Below, piece by piece: positions 59,076 through 64,000 of a stretch of 64,000 bases of DNA. The notes beneath the pieces are model-generated. The model ran no database searches. It had not been told where the DNA came from and saw only the letters and a list, made by a program, of their open reading frames with translations. Position 1 is the first letter of the stretch. Each line of letters starts with the position of its first letter. Source of the DNA: a virus; the IMG/VR virus record IMGVR_UViG_3300037294_000399, positions 32,308 to 96,307 of that record, one strand, 5' to 3'. The position numbers and the translations under genes are program-made.

Positions 59076-59685
59076 GACGAGAATACTGGAATCATCGAGA
59101 TAAACCAACAGATTTTATTAATTTAGTTGATATTGAATACAATTACCCAAACAACAAATACACATTTGACTTCTCAAAGATAACACAGGAAGAACAAAAT
59201 GCGTTATGGGAAATAATCGACCATGTAAGAAAGATGAGGACTGAATGGGTGCAAACAAAACCTTATGATTTAACCAGAGGTGATGAAGTTACTACCAGTT
59301 GGAAGTATGAATATATTATCTTTGAATTGGTTAGACTATATAAAACATTTGATTGGAAAAAGAATATTATGATTTATTATGGGTATTAATTTGTTTATTA
59401 CTGATTAATTTCATACCTTTACACCATTATAAAACTAAACTATGAAAACATTCGGATTATTTATGTTATTGTTCCTATTCATTACAATAGGACTTTCTCT
59501 GTTGCTACCTAAAGAATGGTCAGCACCAGAAATACTTTTACAAAGCACATTACTTGCGTATATCGTGCAACAGTATCGTACAAAAGAAATTGACGATGAA
59601 TAATGGTTAGACACGAAGTAACAAATCACGAAAATTATAACAGATAAAATTTGCATATAATAAATATTATATGTACCTTTGTACC

Positions 59686-60327
59686 ATGGAAGCAGAAAAA
59701 GACATATTCGACCAATGGAAAGATAAAAGAGATTCTAAACCTTGGATAATTAGAAAATTAAGGTTTATACCCATGTGGTGGCGACATGATGGCAGATTCA
59801 TGGGCAAAGAGTTCGTTAGAGGCGTTAAAAAACTTATCTATTGGTTTCCTATCATATGGAAAGATAGAGATTGGGATAGCCACTATATCTTCGAAATACT
59901 AAAACATAAACTATCAGCACAAGCCAAATATATTGGGGATAGAGATATTCATACCAGAGCAAAACAAGATGCAAGTACAATGAGGCTTTGTGTTCGTTTA
60001 ATGAAACTTGTACAAGATGAGTTTTATTCAAGTGAGTATTCTGATTATCATAAAACAAAACATTGGTTCGAACCTGTACCAGACAACGATAAACTATCAC
60101 GTTGGGAAACTAGGATATTGGAAGAAAACTTTGACGACTACTTTAAAAAATATCCTAGGATATACAAACAAGTAATAAATGGAAAAGGTATCTTCACCCT
60201 TGATGGTGAAAATCAAATTGAAATAAAACAAAAAATTGCAATGAATATTGGATATATAAACCATGAACGTGCAAGAAAACTGTTGTTTAATATAATGGAA
60301 AACAATATTGAAGGTTGGTGGGACTAA
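59686..60327 (+). CDS. conserved phage hypothetical protein
   Basis: WFPIIWKDRDWD..Y, ends GWWD. Confidence 0.75.
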   Translation: MEAEKDIFDQWKDKRDSKPWIIRKLRFIPMWWRHDGRFMGKEFVRGVKKLIYWFPIIWKDRDWDSHYIFEILKHKLSAQAKYIGDRDIHTRAKQDASTMRLCVRLMKLVQDEFYSSEYSDYHKTKHWFEPVPDNDKLSRWETRILEENFDDYFKKYPRIYKQVINGKGIFTLDGENQIEIKQKIAMNIGYINHERARKLLFNIMENNIEGWWD

Positions 60328-60371
60328 AACAAATAAGTTATGAAAAACATACACGTAATAACAACGGAAAA

Positions 60372-61523
60372 ATGAAAGAAGAATTAACAAAACAAGAAGA
60401 GGCGTTAACATTGGTAGTAAGAGACAAATGGATAAATAAAGCCTACAATGATTGCTCAATGGGTATTGACAAATCAAAATTTGAAACAGGTATAAGTTGG
60501 TTATATAATAACCTTGTTAGTTTACCTAACCCACAAGTTATCTATTGTGATTCGATAATTGATGCTATTATTAAAATAACTATGTTTAAGGATTTTAATA
60601 TGGATGTATCAGAATACCCAACTATTTTTGAAAAATATAAAAATAGTAAATTAAAATCCGATTTTTTAAAAAAAATGGATGAAAACAAAGAATTGAAAAG
60701 TTCATACATTGGGTGGTCAAATTTTGGTTGGATTTCGTTTTATGATTATTTCACACAGATTGGTGTGTTAAATGATGAAAAGTTCAATATGTACCAATCA
60801 TTAATTGAGTCAAATGTTTTTGAAACGTTTGAATTTGAAAATGTTGTTTTCGCTGTACAACCACCTAAATACATTCTTTCTGAAAATTTATTGCCTCACA
60901 ACACAGAGGATTTTGCGATTGAATTTAATGATGGTACTGGTTGCTATTTTATCAATGGTTTAAATGTTGATGCTGATTTATTTTTAAAGTTGAAAAATAG
61001 AAAGTATACATTTAGTGATTTTATTAAGGAAGAGAACGAAGAAACCAAGTCAATGATTTTACTTTACATTGAAAGTAGAGATGGCACAGAAGCTGTTTTT
61101 GACTTCATGCGAGATAATCTAAAACAGGTTGATTCATTTATGAATGATACTAAAAATGAATATTTGGAAGGCACAACTAGGTCTAACAGAATTGGTGTTT
61201 ACACACTATTTAAGGGTCAAATAAATGACGTAAATATTGCATATGTAAGGTGTTATTGCCCATCAACAGATAGAATGTTTTTTTTAGGTGTTGAGCCAAG
61301 TTATGACTCCGCTAAAGATGCTATCGCTAGTTTGTACAGAGTACCTACTATTTTAAAAAATAATATTGTTAGTATTAGTAGACAAGGTGAGAAATTTTCA
61401 ACTATATTTGATGATGATATTACCTATAAATTAGAAAATGGTGAATTTAGTAATGATGAACTTCAACGTTACTCTAGTTTATCGGGTAACGATTACTTCA
61501 AATTAATGACTTATGAATTTTAA
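60372..61523 (+). CDS. DUF6745-like protein
   Basis: ELT..QE......DKW, P.VIYCDS, GW.SFYDYF, H....AI.F.DG...Y.ING, V.C.CPST.R.FFL.V.P. Confidence 0.65.
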   Translation: MKEELTKQEEALTLVVRDKWINKAYNDCSMGIDKSKFETGISWLYNNLVSLPNPQVIYCDSIIDAIIKITMFKDFNMDVSEYPTIFEKYKNSKLKSDFLKKMDENKELKSSYIGWSNFGWISFYDYFTQIGVLNDEKFNMYQSLIESNVFETFEFENVVFAVQPPKYILSENLLPHNTEDFAIEFNDGTGCYFINGLNVDADLFLKLKNRKYTFSDFIKEENEETKSMILLYIESRDGTEAVFDFMRDNLKQVDSFMNDTKNEYLEGTTRSNRIGVYTLFKGQINDVNIAYVRCYCPSTDRMFFLGVEPSYDSAKDAIASLYRVPTILKNNIVSISRQGEKFSTIFDDDITYKLENGEFSNDELQRYSSLSGNDYFKLMTYEF

Positions 61524-61812
61524 TATAGGTAAATCAATAAAAGATAAAGTAAGGAATTCAGTAAGTGATTCAGTAAATGGTTCAGTAAGGAATTCAGTAA
61601 GGAATTCAGTAAGTGATTCAGTAAAGAAGTCAGTATTTAAATCAGTAAGTAATTCAGTATGGGATTCAGTAATTGATTCAGTATGGGGTTCAGTAAGGAA
61701 GTCAGTATTTAAATCAGTAAGTGATTCAGTAAGGAAGTCAGTAAGGAAGTCAGTAAGTGATTCAGTATGGGATTCAGTAAGTGATTCAGTAAGTGATTCA
61801 GTAAAATTTTAA
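61513..61812 (+). CDS. tetrapeptide (xxSV)-repeat protein 1
   Basis: GKSIKDK leader + about 21 12-nt units. Confidence 0.65.
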   Translation: MNFNIGKSIKDKVRNSVSDSVNGSVRNSVRNSVSDSVKKSVFKSVSNSVWDSVIDSVWGSVRKSVFKSVSDSVRKSVRKSVSDSVWDSVSDSVSDSVKF

Positions 61813-61836
61813 ACAATGATACTAGGTAAATAAACA

Positions 61837-62046
61837 ATGAAACTAGGTAAATCAATAAAAGATAAAGTAAGTGATTCAGTAATTGATTCAGTATGGGATT
61901 CAGTAATTGATTCAGTAAGTGATTCAGTAAGGAAGTCAGTAAGTGATTCAGTAAGGAAGTCAGTAAGTGATTCAGTATGGGATTCAGTAATTGATTCAGT
62001 AAGTGATTCAGTAAGGAAGTCAGTAAGTGATTCAGTAAAATTTTAA
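61837..62046 (+). CDS. tetrapeptide-repeat protein 2
   Basis: MKLGKSIKDKV(SDSV..)n KF. Confidence 0.65.
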   Translation: MKLGKSIKDKVSDSVIDSVWDSVIDSVSDSVRKSVSDSVRKSVSDSVWDSVIDSVSDSVRKSVSDSVKF

Positions 62047-62055
62047 ACAATAAAT

Positions 62056-62301
62056 ATGAGTAGTATGGAAAAATTAAATGTGGGTGTAAATGTAGCACCA
62101 AGTAGTACAAGTGGTCACTTCATCAAAAACGCTAAAAAAGTAGTAGATATTGATGCAGTAAATGAAACGTTCTTAGTTGAGGGTGAGTCTGTTTTAACAA
62201 CAGAAAATCACACAACTTTAGAACAAAAGAAAAGTTGTTTAATCACAACACAAGTTGTTTACAATCCTTTGAAAGCGGTTTACGAAAAGTCAAAAGATTA
62301 A
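62056..62301 (+). CDS. small beta-rich protein resembling usual DUF6745 neighbours
   Basis: SGH, L...NH.TL, Q.VYNP, terminal D. Confidence 0.65.
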   Translation: MSSMEKLNVGVNVAPSSTSGHFIKNAKKVVDIDAVNETFLVEGESVLTTENHTTLEQKKSCLITTQVVYNPLKAVYEKSKD

Positions 62302-62310
62302 TTAAATTAG

Positions 62311-62349
62311 GTGCAGAGGGAAAAATAATAACCTTCTGCACTTTTTTAT
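62311..62349 (+). terminator. rho-independent terminator
   Basis: GTGCAGAGGG...CCTTCTGCAC + T run. Confidence 0.7.
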
Positions 62350-62356
62350 TAAAACA

Positions 62357-62536
62357 ATGATACTAGGTAAGTCAATAAAAGGTAAAGTAAGGGGTTCAGT
62401 AAGTGATTCAGTAAGTAATAAAGTACTTGATAAAGTACTTGATTCAGTAAGTGGTTCAGTATGGTATTCAGTATGGAATTCAGTATGGAATTCAGTAACG
62501 GATTTAATGCCAAAAATAAACAATGATACTAGGTAA
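62357..62536 (+). CDS. tetrapeptide-repeat protein 3 (absent from ORF track)
   Basis: MILGKSIKGKVRGSVSDSVSNKVLDKVLDSVSGSVWYSVWNSVWNSVTDLMPKINNDTR. Confidence 0.6.
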   Translation: MILGKSIKGKVRGSVSDSVSNKVLDKVLDSVSGSVWYSVWNSVWNSVTDLMPKINNDTR

Positions 62537-62681
62537 ATCAATAAAAGATAAATTAAGGAATTCAGTATATAATTCAGTACGTGATTCAGTATATAATTCA
62601 GTACGTGATTCAGTATGGTATTCAGTAAGTGATTCAGTAAGGAAGTCAGTAAGTAATTCAATACCAAAGATAAAACGATAA
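62523..62681 (+). CDS. tetrapeptide-repeat protein 4 (absent from ORF track)
   Basis: MILGKSIKDKLRNSVYNSVRDSVYNSVRDSVWYSVSDSVRKSVSNSIPKIKR. Confidence 0.6.
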   Translation: MILGKSIKDKLRNSVYNSVRDSVYNSVRDSVWYSVSDSVRKSVSNSIPKIKR

Positions 62682-62685
62682 AACA

Positions 62686-62886
62686 ATGAAACTAGGTGAG
62701 TCAATAAAAGATAAATTAAGGAATTCAGTATGTGTTTCAGTAAGTGGTTCAGTAAGTGATTCAGTAAGGAATTCAGTATGGTATTCAGTAAGTGATTCAG
62801 TAAGGAAGTCAGTAAGTAATTCAGTAAGTAATTCAGTAAGTGATTCAGTAAGTGATTCAGTACCAAATATAACACAACAATCCTAA
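62686..62886 (+). CDS. tetrapeptide-repeat protein 5
   Basis: MKLGESIKDKL(RNSV..)n. Confidence 0.6.
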   Translation: MKLGESIKDKLRNSVCVSVSGSVSDSVRNSVWYSVSDSVRKSVSNSVSNSVSDSVSDSVPNITQQS

Positions 62887-64000
62887 TACCTCCCTCTTCA
62901 ACGAAAAAATAATTGTGGTAATAGATTTGCATATGTAAAAGATAATATGTACCTTTGTAGTAATTAATAACAATACTAGAAACACATTTGTGTACATACA
63001 AAAAAAACCAAATAATACAATGAAAGAAATAAAATATAAAATAGAAAAACAACTCGTGCTGAAACATGATGTCATTCTAGGAAGTACATAAGAATTACAA
63101 GACGTTCTAGTTGAGGTAAGCGATAATCTAGATGGTGAAAAAGCAATGAACAATGAAGTAAGTGTAGTTATTCCCATAGAGAAAACCAAACCCATATAGT
63201 GATGTAATGACACAAGAAACCATAGAACAAAACTTGGGTTCTAACAATGTAAATTCTTATGGTTTTCCCCCTACAACAATAAATGCTCATACAATAAGCG
63301 GTGGACAAATCATAGTAGAGAAAATACGAAAAGAAAGATAAATAATGAAGTAGATAAAAATACCACCATGTGTCGATAAATAATGAAGTAGATAATCCAT
63401 ATGTACACAAAAGTGTACACGGTTCCACCGTGTCCCAAAGGGACATTCTACAACTACTTTATATACAGACTTATACAAAAAACCATGTACTTTTGTACCT
63501 GTGCCGAACACGTAAATTAAATAGGGTGTTTTTAACAAGAAAGTGGAAATTTGTGGTAAAATGTGGTAAAAAGGTTTGATTTCATAGCTAAAAAATAGAA
63601 AATGGTTTTTTCATGGGCAATATGGTATAAATTAATAATAAAAAATAATACAAAATAATGCTGAAAAGTTTTATACTGTTCAAACACTCTCGACAAATTT
63701 TCGCCTGAAATTTTTGGACATAGGTATTCCATGACGCAAAAGCGAAAAATTTTTGGCAAACAAATTTAGCCCAAAGTTACGATAAACTTGGACAAAACGC
63801 TACTGTTCTCCCATGTAGATACAATGGGCAGTAAAGCCTTAACACGTTCACTATATGTGAGGTGTCGAATATGGTACAAAGGTATTAAAAACTTTTTTAA
63901 TAAACAAGCGAAATAAATTTGGATATTAAATATTTTTGTTGTATCTTCGCAAACTTTTTTCAATGGTATAATGATTTAACTACAAAGGTACAAAATGATT

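Larger units (their letters stand above)
61546..62863 (+). repeat. five arrays of 12-nt NNNNNNTCAGTA repeats, each behind a shared GGT(A/G)A(A/G)TCAATAAAAG leader
   Basis: directly visible; TCAGTA near-invariant, other six bases drawn from a small set. Confidence 0.95.

Noticed and set aside
61546-62863. CRISPR array
   Set aside because: Period is 12 nt with no unique spacers, the repeats are in-frame coding, and no cas genes are present.
60372-62886. diversity-generating retroelement
   Set aside because: No reverse transcriptase in the window and the variation is not adenine-specific.
61709-63067. minus-strand Leu/Asn/His-repeat ORFs
   Set aside because: Antisense reading of the 12-nt repeats; the conserved leaders and start context are on the plus strand.

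Overview
AT-rich 64 kb segment of a large (jumbo-type) tailed phage, very likely infecting Bacteroidota: about 30 copies of the Bacteroidota sigma-A promoter (TT(T)G-N~19-TACCTTTG), DUF3127, and a Bacteroidota-type sigma70. No structural or replication core genes are present. The window contains: a tRNA cluster (1-953); an Acb1/gp57B-like 2H phosphoesterase; an NAD+/ADP-ribose cluster (NadM-Nudix, intron-split NAMPT, NADAR, macrodomain, Sir2); translation and RNA-metabolism genes (IF3, SmpB, RNase R, YqeY, tRNA-binding OB fold); a 1.8 kb ORF-free block of aberrant tRNA-like and other structured RNAs (36470-38282); many singly promoted small early-type genes; and a DUF6745-like locus with five tetrapeptide-repeat mini-ORFs. 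Mobile elements are a group I intron, two TnpB-only elements, an orphan TnpB right-end copy, and several free-standing endonuclease cassettes. Most striking: at six loci an endonuclease cassette, often with tiny unannotated ribbon-helix-helix-like genes, sits between two diverged copies of one end of a gene, meaning the element brings a replacement gene terminus. All family names come from motif recognition by eye, not database searches.
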